Under the pieces are notes generated by a model. The model ran no database searches, was not told the origin of the DNA, and worked only from the letters and a program-made list of their open reading frames with translations. The position numbers were made by a program, and so were the translations under genes. From NCBI GenBank assembly GCA_038895675.1, contig JAWANB010000008.1, forward strand, positions 1 through 26,342: DNA of 26,342 nt, given 5' to 3'. This document shows positions 1 to 7,835 of this stretch, piece after piece (the first letter of the stretch is position 1; each line of letters begins with the position of its first letter). Origin of the DNA: Candidatus Iainarchaeum sp. Its GTDB lineage: Archaea > Iainarchaeota > Iainarchaeia > Iainarchaeales > Iainarchaeaceae.

Positions 1-2
1 AT

Positions 3-155
3 GCTTTGAGTAAAAAGCCTTTAGAGTTTTCTTCTCTTGGCTTGGTTTTTGCTTATTTGGAGAAACGACTTTCTGTTCCTTTGAATTTTTATTTGAAAAA
101 GAGTGTTTTGCTTGACAATATTTTGCATCAGAAGCGTATTTTTGAGTTCGTTTGA
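3..155 (+). CDS. C-terminal fragment (5'-truncated by window) of a probable Nre-family archaeal DNA repair protein ending in a PCNA-binding PIP box
   Basis: Not in the ORF track. Frame from position 3 reads ALSKKPLEFSSLGLVFAYLEKRLSVPLNFYLKKSVLLDNILHQKRIFEFV-TGA(153-155). The terminal QKRIFEF resembles a PIP box, and the pattern AL..P..F.SL...F.Y...RL..P...Y...S.LL matches my recollection of Nre C-termini. Confidence 0.6.
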   Translation, partial: ALSKKPLEFSSLGLVFAYLEKRLSVPLNFYLKKSVLLDNILHQKRIFEFV

Positions 156-300
156 TGTTTTGTATTAGTCGTCAGTTTTTGGCCATATTTTTGTTCTTTT
201 TTGTTGGTTTTTTTATTGTGAATCGTTTTTTTAAATTGTTTTTTTTTTGTAATGGCTTTTTTATTGCTTTTTTTGTTTGTGAGTCATTTCGGTTGGTGTT

Positions 301-1605
301 TTAGCATTTTATTACTATTTTTTCTTTTATTTCTTGTTTGTTTTCTGTTTGGTTTTCTATTATTTTTCCTTTTAGCCAGTGCGGGTAAGCGTCTGTTATT
401 TCTATTTCTTGGAATTTTCCTAATTCGCCTTTTTCTATTACTACTGGTTTATAGTTAGAAGTTCGGCCTACTATTGTGTTGTTTTTTCCTTTTTCTGAAA
501 AGTATGCTTTGTCTTTTTTTCCTATGTACTTTTTGTTGTTGTTGTATGCTATTGCGTTGCATATTGTTGTTAGTCTTTTTGTTCTTTTTGCTATTATTTT
601 GCTTGGTAATTGTTTCATTGTTGCTGCTATGGTGTTTGGTCTTGGGGCAAACTTTGATATGTTGACTATGTCTGGTTTTGTTTCTTTTATTAGGTTTATT
701 GTTTCTTGGAATTCTTTTTCTGTTTCTGTTGGGAAGCCTGCTATTATGTCTGTTGCTATTGTTATTTCTGGTATGTCTTTTTTTAGTTTTTCTATGAGTT
801 CTTTATATTGTGTTGATGTATAGCCTCTTCTCATTAGTGTTAGTATTCTGTCAGAACCTGCTTGTACTGGCAGGTGAATGAATTTGTATATTCTGTTGTC
901 TGAAAATAGTGGTATTAGTTCTTTGTATATTCTTCGTAAGTGGTGCGGGTTCATCATTCCTATTCTTATTTTGTAGTTTTCGTTTATTAGTAAGAGTTTT
1001 TCTATTAGTTTTGGTAGTGAGCTTTTTATGTCAAGTCCGTAAGCTCCGGTGTCTTGGCCTGTCAGCCATATTTCTTTGCATGTTTGGAGTGCTTTTTTTG
1101 TTCTTGTTTCTATTGATTCTATTGTATAACTTTGTATGTCTCCTCTTGCTAATTTTGTTCCGCAAAACGTGCAGTAATTCGTGCATCCTTTTGCTATTGG
1201 TATTATTGCTATGTGTGGGTTGAATGGTATCGTGTTCGTGTTTGGTGAAAATTCTTGTTCTTCTATTCCTAATATTTGGGAGAGTTTTTTTAGGTCTGGG
1301 CCAATCGATATTATGTCTTTTGATATTTGTTCTATTGCTTTTGGGTTGATTTTTGGTAGGCATCCTACGACTATTAGTTGTTTTCCTTGTTTTGTTGCTG
1401 TTTCGTAGAATTTTTTTATTTTGCTTATCATTCTGTTTTCTGTTCTGCCTTTTACTGCGCATGTGTTTATTATTATGAAGTCTGTGTCTTTTATGTTGTC
1501 TGTTATTGTCAGTCCGTTGTCTATTGCGTGTCCTTTGATTTGTTCTGTTTCAGCAAGGTTCATTGAGCAGCCGTAGCCTTCTACGTATATTTTCATTTTT
1601 TTCAC
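301..1605 (-). CDS. mtaB: MiaB-family radical-SAM tRNA methylthiotransferase (archaeal MtaB type, ms2t6A37)
   Basis: N-terminal UPF0004 Cys motifs GCSMN, NTCAV and VGCL; radical-SAM CTNYCTFC; HLPVQAGS and DIIAGFPTET; C-terminal TRAM-like region. GQDTGAYG and RIGMMNP are typical of the archaeal/eukaryotic MtaB clade. Confidence 0.9.
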   Translation of the reverse strand: MKKMKIYVEGYGCSMNLAETEQIKGHAIDNGLTITDNIKDTDFIIINTCAVKGRTENRMISKIKKFYETATKQGKQLIVVGCLPKINPKAIEQISKDIISIGPDLKKLSQILGIEEQEFSPNTNTIPFNPHIAIIPIAKGCTNYCTFCGTKLARGDIQSYTIESIETRTKKALQTCKEIWLTGQDTGAYGLDIKSSLPKLIEKLLLINENYKIRIGMMNPHHLRRIYKELIPLFSDNRIYKFIHLPVQAGSDRILTLMRRGYTSTQYKELIEKLKKDIPEITIATDIIAGFPTETEKEFQETINLIKETKPDIVNISKFAPRPNTIAATMKQLPSKIIAKRTKRLTTICNAIAYNNNKKYIGKKDKAYFSEKGKNNTIVGRTSNYKPVVIEKGELGKFQEIEITDAYPHWLKGKIIENQTENKQEIKEKIVIKC

Positions 1606-1607
1606 TT

Positions 1608-2072
1608 TTATTTTTCAAATTTTTCTATTAGTAGTCTGGATAACCATCCGAAAAGTCCTGCTATTACAAAGTAGATGAATGTAGAGTTTAAGAACATGTC
1701 AAAGTAATTTAGTTTGAATTGGCTTAGGTCAAAGCCTAGGCCAATTCTTAGTCCTACGTCAAGATAATAAACGTATACTGCTAAATAGAAGCCTAGTATT
1801 GAAAATGTTAGGAATAGTATTGGGAAAACGTATTTTTTGAATTTGTTTCCAAAACCAAAATCTTTTAGGTGTGGTATTAGCATGTAAACAAAAAAGAATC
1901 CTATTATTGGCAAGAGTACTAATGAATAATCTACTTTTGTTGGGAAATTTGAGAAATCTATGTGTCTTAATGGCAATTTGTTTTCTGCTTTGTAATTTAG
2001 TTCGCTTATTATGATTATGGCTAAATAGCTTATGATAAACATTGCTATTGTTTTTGTAGTTTTTTTGTTCAT
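1608..2072 (-). CDS. Hypothetical membrane protein (about 4 TM helices)
   Basis: 154-aa ORF with four hydrophobic stretches, ending 2 bp before the mtaB start, so probably co-transcribed. Confidence 0.75.
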   Translation of the reverse strand: MNKKTTKTIAMFIISYLAIIIISELNYKAENKLPLRHIDFSNFPTKVDYSLVLLPIIGFFFVYMLIPHLKDFGFGNKFKKYVFPILFLTFSILGFYLAVYVYYLDVGLRIGLGFDLSQFKLNYFDMFLNSTFIYFVIAGLFGWLSRLLIEKFEK

Positions 2073-2129
2073 GGTAATGAAAAATTGCCTTAGAATTGGT
2101 TTAAAACATTAATGATTGGAATTCATTTT

Positions 2130-3098
2130 ATGGATTTTAGTCATGAATTGCCTTGGGTTGAAAAGTATAGGCCTAAGTCTCTTGCTGAAGTTGTTGGTCA
2201 GAGAGAAATAATTAATGTTTTGCAGAGTTATGTTAAAGCAAGAACTATGCCTAACTTGCTTTTTTCAGGCCCTGCAGGCGTCGGTAAGACGAGTTCTGCT
2301 ATTGCTTTAGCTAAAGAATTTTTTGGGGATAGTTTTTCTCAAAATTTTTTAGAGTTGAATTCTTCTGATGATAGAGGTATTGATGTTGTGAGGGAAACCA
2401 TAAAGAATTTTGCTAGGACTTTGGCTTTTGATTCTAATTTTAAAATCATTTTTCTTGATGAAAGTGATGCTTTGACTGTTGATGCTCAACAGGCTTTGAG
2501 GCGTACTATGGAGAAGTATGCAAGGACTGCTCGCTTTATTCTTTCGTGTAATTATTCTAGTAGAATAATAGAGCCTATTCAGTCTCGTTGTGTTGTATTG
2601 CGTTTCAGGCCTCTTTCTTCGAAAGAAATTCATGAAAAGTTAAGGCAGATTGCGACAGCGGAAAAGATTAGTGTTGAGGAAAAGGCTTTTGATGCTTTGA
2701 TTTATGTTTCGCAAGGCGACTTGAGAAAAGCAATTAATATTGCTCAGGCTGCTTCTTCTTTGCATGGTAAAGTTTCTGAGAAAGAGGTTTATGATGTTGC
2801 TTCAAGAGCTAGGCCTCAAGAGGTCATTGAAATGATGGAGCTTGCTTTGTCTGGAAAATTTCTTGAGGCTAGAGCTGTTCTTGAAAAGCTCATGTATGAG
2901 CATGGCATGTCTGGTGAAGATGTTATTGCTCAAATGCATAGGGAATTGATTAGTATGAAATCTTTGAGTGATTCTTCGAAAGTAGAGTTGATTGATATTA
3001 TTGGCGAGTATAGTTTTCGGCTTGTTGAGGGTGCTAATGAGCGAATTCAGTTAGAGGCTTTGCTTGCTCAGTTTATGAAGTTCAAAAGTAAAAAGTAA
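2130..3098 (+). CDS. rfcS: Replication factor C small subunit (no intein)
   Basis: PWVEKYRP, Walker A GPAGVGKT, LELNSSDDRGID, Walker B IFLDESD, AQQALRRTME, IEPIQSRC and C-terminal RLVEGANERIQLEALLA. Start placed at ATG 2130; TTTAAAA lies about 25 bp upstream. Confidence 0.97.
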   Translation: MDFSHELPWVEKYRPKSLAEVVGQREIINVLQSYVKARTMPNLLFSGPAGVGKTSSAIALAKEFFGDSFSQNFLELNSSDDRGIDVVRETIKNFARTLAFDSNFKIIFLDESDALTVDAQQALRRTMEKYARTARFILSCNYSSRIIEPIQSRCVVLRFRPLSSKEIHEKLRQIATAEKISVEEKAFDALIYVSQGDLRKAINIAQAASSLHGKVSEKEVYDVASRARPQEVIEMMELALSGKFLEARAVLEKLMYEHGMSGEDVIAQMHRELISMKSLSDSSKVELIDIIGEYSFRLVEGANERIQLEALLAQFMKFKSKK

Positions 3099-3287
3099 TT
3101 TTTGGCTATTTTATAGAACTTGCTTTATCTTTCAGTTTTTTTCAGGTCTTTTTGTTTGGTTAGTCGTGTTTTTTTGTAGTTATTTTTGTTTGTTTTTATC
3201 ATTTCTATTGTTGTTTTGGCTTTTTTATTGTAGTATGTTTTTTAATTGTTTTTTGGTGCTAATTTATTAAGTTATAGGTGTTTAGTA

Positions 3288-4022
3288 ATGGTTTTTGCTC
3301 AGGCTTTTCAGGATTATAAGAATAATTTGATTACTGCTTGTGCTTTTGGTTTGTTGCTTGTTTTTGTTCCTTTGTTTTCTTCTCTTTCTAATATTTTAAT
3401 TTCTTCTGGTTCGGTTGTTGTTGATTATGGTTTTTTGAGGCTTCCTTTTTTTGAGTCTTTTTTGCTTTTATTTTTGGTTCTGGTTTTTCTTTTCCTTTAT
3501 TCTTTGTTAACTTGCTTGTTGGTGTTTGCTGTTAGGGCTGATTTTAATAAGGTTAAATTGCATTATTTTTTGTCTGAAAAAGTTCTTGTTTTTGCTTTTC
3601 GCTATTTTAATTTTGTTGCTGTTTTCACTTTAGTTTCTGTGCTAATTTCTTTTTTTTTAGTTGACTTGGGTTTGCCTGTTTTTGTTATTAACATTTTTTT
3701 GGTTTTGTTTTCTTTGCCTTTTTTGTTTCTTCCTCAAGCTATAGTTATTGATGGTGAAAGTTTGAGGGGTTCGTTGTTGAATGCTTTTGAGTTTTCTTTT
3801 AAGAACTTTGGGTCTTTTTCCTTGGTTTTCTTTTTTGGTCTTGGTTCTGTTTTTGTGCTTCAGCTTTTCGAGTTTTTGTTAGATTATTTTTTTGGTGTTG
3901 GCGGTTTTATTAGTTTAATTGTTGCTCTAATGTTTTTAGTTCCTTTTTTTGAGGCTCTTAAAACAGAAGTTTATTTATCTAAAGTTAGTTTGTTTTCGCC
4001 TTATAGGGAGAAGTTAGTTTAA
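3288..4022 (+). CDS. Hypothetical polytopic membrane protein
   Basis: Long hydrophobic ORF with about 6 TM segments. SD-like AGGTG at 3276-3280 and TATA-like TTTATTAA just upstream support ATG 3288. Confidence 0.7.
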   Translation: MVFAQAFQDYKNNLITACAFGLLLVFVPLFSSLSNILISSGSVVVDYGFLRLPFFESFLLLFLVLVFLFLYSLLTCLLVFAVRADFNKVKLHYFLSEKVLVFAFRYFNFVAVFTLVSVLISFFLVDLGLPVFVINIFLVLFSLPFLFLPQAIVIDGESLRGSLLNAFEFSFKNFGSFSLVFFFGLGSVFVLQLFEFLLDYFFGVGGFISLIVALMFLVPFFEALKTEVYLSKVSLFSPYREKLV

Positions 4023-4142
4023 AGTTTGTTTATTTCAGAATTTTGTAGAAACTTTGTTTTTAATTTGTTTTAAGTTGTTTCAGATCTTATGTTTTCTTTT
4101 TTTATTTTTGTTGAAGTCGTTTTTTTTAGTCGTTAGTATCAT

Positions 4143-5657
4143 TTATTTTGTTTGTATTAGTTCTATTGCTGTAGAGTTTTCTATTAGTTCTTCTGCTTCT
4201 TTTACATTGTTGGCTTTCCATGTTATTCCAAAACTTTTTTTTATTTTTTCTTGGGTTTTCGCTAATATTTCTAAGGCGTGTTCTTTGTTTTCTGTATTGT
4301 TTGGCTCGTAGTATACGAAAAAGCCTTTTTTTTGTATTTGTGTTATTATTGTTTCTAAGGTTTTGTGTGGATTTTCTTCTGAAATTTCTTTTGTTGTTTT
4401 TACTATTCCTGTCAAGCCTATTCCGATAGCAGAATTTTCTATTTCCTCTTTGTTTTGGTTTTTTCTTTTTGTTAAGAGTGTTTTTTTTGTTTTGCATAAT
4501 TCTTCTATTGTTGTTATTGTTTCGTCTAATTTTTCAAAAAAGTTTTTTTCGTTTTTGTTTTTAAGCGTTTCAAGGTTTATTGTTGTTGTTTGTAGTATCG
4601 TGTTGCTTTGTGTTTGTGCTATTATGTTTCCAACTTTTATTGTTCTTGTTTTTGAGTTGTTTATTATTGTTATTTTTTCAAAGTCTTTTAGTAGTTTTGT
4701 TTTGAATTTGTTGTCTATGGCGACGCTTATTTCAAAAACATTGTTTTCTTGATTTGCTTTTATTATCGCGTAAGCGTTTTTTATGTAGTCTGTTCTTTGT
4801 TCTTTGTTTGTCCATTCATAATCTGAAAACAATTCTAACTCTGCATTTCTTTTTTTGTTTGTTATTTCGAAGATTTTGCATAATTCTTTGGCTTTTTGTA
4901 ATTTTTTTCTTTCCGTGCTTTTCATGGTTTTTGTGTGGTTTAGTCCTGTAAGGCATAATGGGGTTGTTAATTTTTTGTCTTCTTCGTTGGCTTTTTTTGC
5001 CATTTCTTCTTTTTCGTCGTCAATGAAAAGTGTTTTTGCAAAGAGTTTTGTGGAATAATCTTCTGGGTGATTTATTTTTATTATTCCTTCAAAGTGTAGT
5101 TCTTTTGCTTTTTTTGGTATTGTCGCTAACCAATTGTATTCTAATAGTATTTCTTTGTTTTCGAAGTTGTTTTCTTCTATTTTTTTTTTCACTTCGTACA
5201 TTGGCATGCCTATTCTTACGTATTCTGTTCTTATGTTTTCATGTCCGTATTCTAATAATTTTACGTTTACTAATTCTCTTATCATTTGTGTTGTGATTTC
5301 GTTTATTTTCATGTCTTTTATTTTTGTTTCTACTTCGTTCCCTATTTTTTCTGCAATGTGTCTGCTTATGCTTGTTTCTTTTAGCAATGATTTGACTATA
5401 TTGCCTCTGTCAAAAGGTTCTTTTTTTTCTGCTGAAGTGTATACTTTTAGTCTTTCAAAGCTTTTGAAGTTTTTTGCGGCTTGTTCGTTTATTTTTTCAA
5501 GTATTTCTGTGGCTTTTTTTCTTAATTGGTTTTGTGTTCCTTGCATTTGTTCTATTTCTTTTATTACTTTAAGTGTTTCCCATTCTGTTGCGCCACTTTC
5601 CTTTATTTCGAATGCTATTTCTTGTATAGTTTCTTTTAGTGTTTTTTTTTCTTCCAT
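4143..5657 (-). CDS. ATP-cone protein homologous to archaeal anaerobic ribonucleotide reductase NrdD, with catalytic motifs lost
   Basis: KVYTSAEKKEPFDRGNIVKSLLKET...TTQMIRELVNVKLLEYG..R..Y.RIGMPMYEV is the ATP cone plus linker of archaeal NrdD. Further remnants: ELHFEGIIKINH, LQTTTINL, FFEKLD, IGIGLTGI. No MGCR loop, no CxxC Zn ribbon, no RxxGY glycyl-radical motif. Confidence 0.75.
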   Translation of the reverse strand: MEEKKTLKETIQEIAFEIKESGATEWETLKVIKEIEQMQGTQNQLRKKATEILEKINEQAAKNFKSFERLKVYTSAEKKEPFDRGNIVKSLLKETSISRHIAEKIGNEVETKIKDMKINEITTQMIRELVNVKLLEYGHENIRTEYVRIGMPMYEVKKKIEENNFENKEILLEYNWLATIPKKAKELHFEGIIKINHPEDYSTKLFAKTLFIDDEKEEMAKKANEEDKKLTTPLCLTGLNHTKTMKSTERKKLQKAKELCKIFEITNKKRNAELELFSDYEWTNKEQRTDYIKNAYAIIKANQENNVFEISVAIDNKFKTKLLKDFEKITIINNSKTRTIKVGNIIAQTQSNTILQTTTINLETLKNKNEKNFFEKLDETITTIEELCKTKKTLLTKRKNQNKEEIENSAIGIGLTGIVKTTKEISEENPHKTLETIITQIQKKGFFVYYEPNNTENKEHALEILAKTQEKIKKSFGITWKANNVKEAEELIENSTAIELIQTK

Positions 5658-5782
5658 TTATATTTGATTTTGATAAGATGTTTCTTTTAATTGTTGCTAA
5701 TGGCCTTATTTTGCTTTTGTTTTGGAAACTTAACTTTTTAATGTTTTTGTGTTCAATTTTTTGAGTCGGTTGGGGTGTTAGT

Positions 5783-6253
5783 TTGGAATCTTTAGATAAA
5801 ATAGATCATAGGATTTTGAGTATGTTGCTTGAGGATGGTCGTTCTTCTTTTAGTGTTATTGCTAAGAGTGTGAATCTTACTGATGTGGCTATTAAGAAGC
5901 GTTTTGAGAGGTTGAAGAGAAGAGGTATTATTAATGCTATTACTGCTGATTTGAATTTGAAGGCTCTTGGTTTTGAGAATCCTATTTTTGTTCAAATTCG
6001 TTCTGAGTTGTCAAAGAACAAGGATGTAATTAAGAAGTTGAAGGAGCTTGATTATGTGACTGAGGCTTATCAGGTCCTTGGCGAATATAATATTTTTGCT
6101 TTGCTTGTTGTTCCTGACCTTGAGTCTGCTGAAAAGTTTGTTGAGACTTTGGGTAATTTAGATGGTGTTCTTGACATTAAGACTCTTGTTGTCATTTCTG
6201 AAATTAAGAAGTCAAGGTCTTTGCCTTCTTTTTTGCAGCAAAAAAAATTATAG
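5783..6253 (+). CDS. Lrp/AsnC family transcriptional regulator
   Basis: LDKIDHRILSMLLEDGRSSFSVIAKSVNLTDVAIKKRFERLKRRGII HTH, LKALG linker, RAM domain (YQVLGEYN). TTG start preceded by SD GGGGTG. Confidence 0.93.
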   Translation: MESLDKIDHRILSMLLEDGRSSFSVIAKSVNLTDVAIKKRFERLKRRGIINAITADLNLKALGFENPIFVQIRSELSKNKDVIKKLKELDYVTEAYQVLGEYNIFALLVVPDLESAEKFVETLGNLDGVLDIKTLVVISEIKKSRSLPSFLQQKKL

Positions 6254-7051
6254 TTAGTCTTCTTCTATTTCACTTTCTCCGTTAGGTAGTAGTGCTATTA
6301 TTTCGTCTAACTTGTCTTTTATTTCTGTTTTAAGTTTTGTGCTTAATATCCATGCTATTTTTTTTGCGCAGTCGCTTTTTTTCTTGTTTCCAAAAGTAAG
6401 TTTTACTATGGCGTCTGCTTTTTTTTCTATTGCGCTTTCTGGTCCTGCGAATATTTCTATTTCTTCTCCTTCTTTTTTCGCTCCTATGGCATAACTTAAT
6501 TTGGTTTTTTTGTACCATGTTCTTTCACCATACACCATGAATGCTCCTTTTGGTAGAGTTTCTCCGGTTGGTGCTTTTTTCGTTATTTGTGTCGGTTTTG
6601 CCGAGTAAACGTCTATTGTTGGTATTTTTTCTTGCCATGCTTTTGAGTGGACTGCTGCAAAAATAGCTGTTTCTTTTAATGAATTTTCATTTGGACTTTT
6701 TTCGCATTTTAGTATTATATGTGCTGCTCCGTGTATGTCTGCATGAAAATAAATATCGTTTTCTTTCATGTAGTTGTTGATTATTTTTTCATTGCTTGTT
6801 GCGTCTTTGCCTCCTATTGCTAAGAGTCCTTCGCTTGTAAAAAACCATCTGAATTTTTCGTACCATTTTTTTTCTCTTTTCTTTTTTAGTTCTTTTTTTT
6901 CTATGTTTTGTGTTGCTTTTATTTTTAGTTCTGCTGCTTCTATTCCTTTTTTTAGGCCTTCTAATTTTCTTTTTGCTTTTTTTGCAGCTTCAAAGTAGTC
7001 TGTGGCGTTTTCTGTTGCTTTTTTTGTGAAGTCTATTTCTAATTTCATCAT
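6254..7051 (-). CDS. Short NFACT (Rqc2/RqcH-like, DUF814) protein: coiled coil + NFACT-R + NFACT-C, without NFACT-N
   Basis: ENATDYFEAAKKAKRKLEG, KWYEKFRWFFTSEG, GGKDATSNE, YFHADIHGA, HSKAW and KAPTGETLPKGAFMVYGER are hallmark NFACT-R motifs. Start overlaps the stop of the upstream gene (ATGA). Confidence 0.9.
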   Translation of the reverse strand: MMKLEIDFTKKATENATDYFEAAKKAKRKLEGLKKGIEAAELKIKATQNIEKKELKKKREKKWYEKFRWFFTSEGLLAIGGKDATSNEKIINNYMKENDIYFHADIHGAAHIILKCEKSPNENSLKETAIFAAVHSKAWQEKIPTIDVYSAKPTQITKKAPTGETLPKGAFMVYGERTWYKKTKLSYAIGAKKEGEEIEIFAGPESAIEKKADAIVKLTFGNKKKSDCAKKIAWILSTKLKTEIKDKLDEIIALLPNGESEIEED

Positions 7052-7587
7052 TCTAACCCTTTTTGTTTTCTTAGTGATTTTATTAGTGATTCTGTTCTTG
7101 AGTTTGTTTTGTATGTTGGTTCTGTAATGTAAAATGTTTCTTTGTTTTTTATTAAATTGTATATTCCTTGTAGTGTTTCAAAGTATTTTTTGTTTGTATC
7201 TTTGTAGTATGATTCTATGTCTTGGTATATGTGTCTTGCAATTAAGTTAAAGTTTCCGGGGCCTACTAATCCGGCTAACATGTATGTGTTGTCGTCTTTT
7301 TTTATTTGTTCTATAAAGTTTTCTAAACTATTTTTTTTTGTCAAGTCTAATTGTAGGAAAGTTATGGCTTCTATTTTGTATCCTAATTTTTTTATGTCTA
7401 TTTTAGGGCCATATCCTGTTATGATTCCTTCTTTTGAGAGAAAGTCTAAGGATGTTTTTATTGTGGCTTTATGATATCCTGTTTCTTTTTGTAGTTGTTT
7501 TATGTTTGGGCTTACTGCTCCTTTTTTTAGCAATGCTTCTAATATATTAAGCCTTATTGTATCATCTACTTTCATTGTTAAAGGCAT
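7048..7587 (-). CDS. Lrp/AsnC-like winged-helix transcriptional regulator (divergent)
   Basis: N-terminal HTH (ILEALLK...NIKQLQKETGYHKATIKTSLDFLSKEGII), IDIKKLGY linker, RAM-like domain (GPGNFNLIA). SD GGTGA upstream of the ATG on the minus strand. Confidence 0.82.
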   Translation of the reverse strand: MPLTMKVDDTIRLNILEALLKKGAVSPNIKQLQKETGYHKATIKTSLDFLSKEGIITGYGPKIDIKKLGYKIEAITFLQLDLTKKNSLENFIEQIKKDDNTYMLAGLVGPGNFNLIARHIYQDIESYYKDTNKKYFETLQGIYNLIKNKETFYITEPTYKTNSRTESLIKSLRKQKGLE

Positions 7588-7656
7588 ATTTAAATCACCA
7601 ATAATAATATTTAAAATAGTTTTAGCTGTGCAAAAATTACATTTAAACTCTATGAA

Positions 7657-7666
7657 TATATATAAA
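7657..7666 (+). promoter_or_regulatory. Candidate archaeal TATA box (TATATATAAA) preceding the structured element at 7687
   Basis: TATA-like run preceded by purines (GAA), about 25-30 nt upstream of the first hairpin. Confidence 0.4.
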
Positions 7667-7686
7667 GTTAAATGGTAGTTTTTTTA

Positions 7687-7780
7687 TTGTCTGAGAGACA
7701 AGGGGGAATCCAATCCTAGAAAATGCAACCAACATGGAACGGGGTTAGGCTCACAAGACTTTTGTTTGCCCCGTTCCCTA
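7687..7780 (+). ncRNA. Candidate structured small RNA or cis-regulatory element of unknown family (strand uncertain)
   Basis: GC-rich island that breaks the T-skew. Hairpin TTGTCT-GAG-AGACAA (7687-7701); possible GGG-GGAA-TCC GNRA mini-hairpin (7702-7711); perfect 9-bp stem GGAACGGGG (7736-7744)/CCCCGTTCC (7769-7777) with inner ACAAG/TTTGT pairing. Confidence 0.45.
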
Positions 7781-7835
7781 ATTTGTAATTGTTTGTGGGC
7801 TTAATTTAATTAATAAGTTCGTTATAATTAATTTA

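Noticed and set aside
1608..2072. Locally balanced A/T content suggesting recent transfer or inversion
   Set aside because: Largely explained by a hydrophobic protein needing T-rich codons on the minus strand; third positions still favour A/C.
7690..7746. ORB-like G-strings (GACAAGGGGG, TGGAACGGGGT) beside an AT-rich tract as a possible origin
   Set aside because: Poor fit to the ORB consensus, no skew switch, and the second G-run is better explained as a hairpin arm.
7687..7780. TPP riboswitch (CUGAGA) or c-di-GMP-I (GGCAAAC on the minus strand) similarity
   Set aside because: Only isolated short words match. The remaining conserved cores (e.g. ACCUGAU for TPP, GCAAAGC for c-di-GMP-I) are absent.
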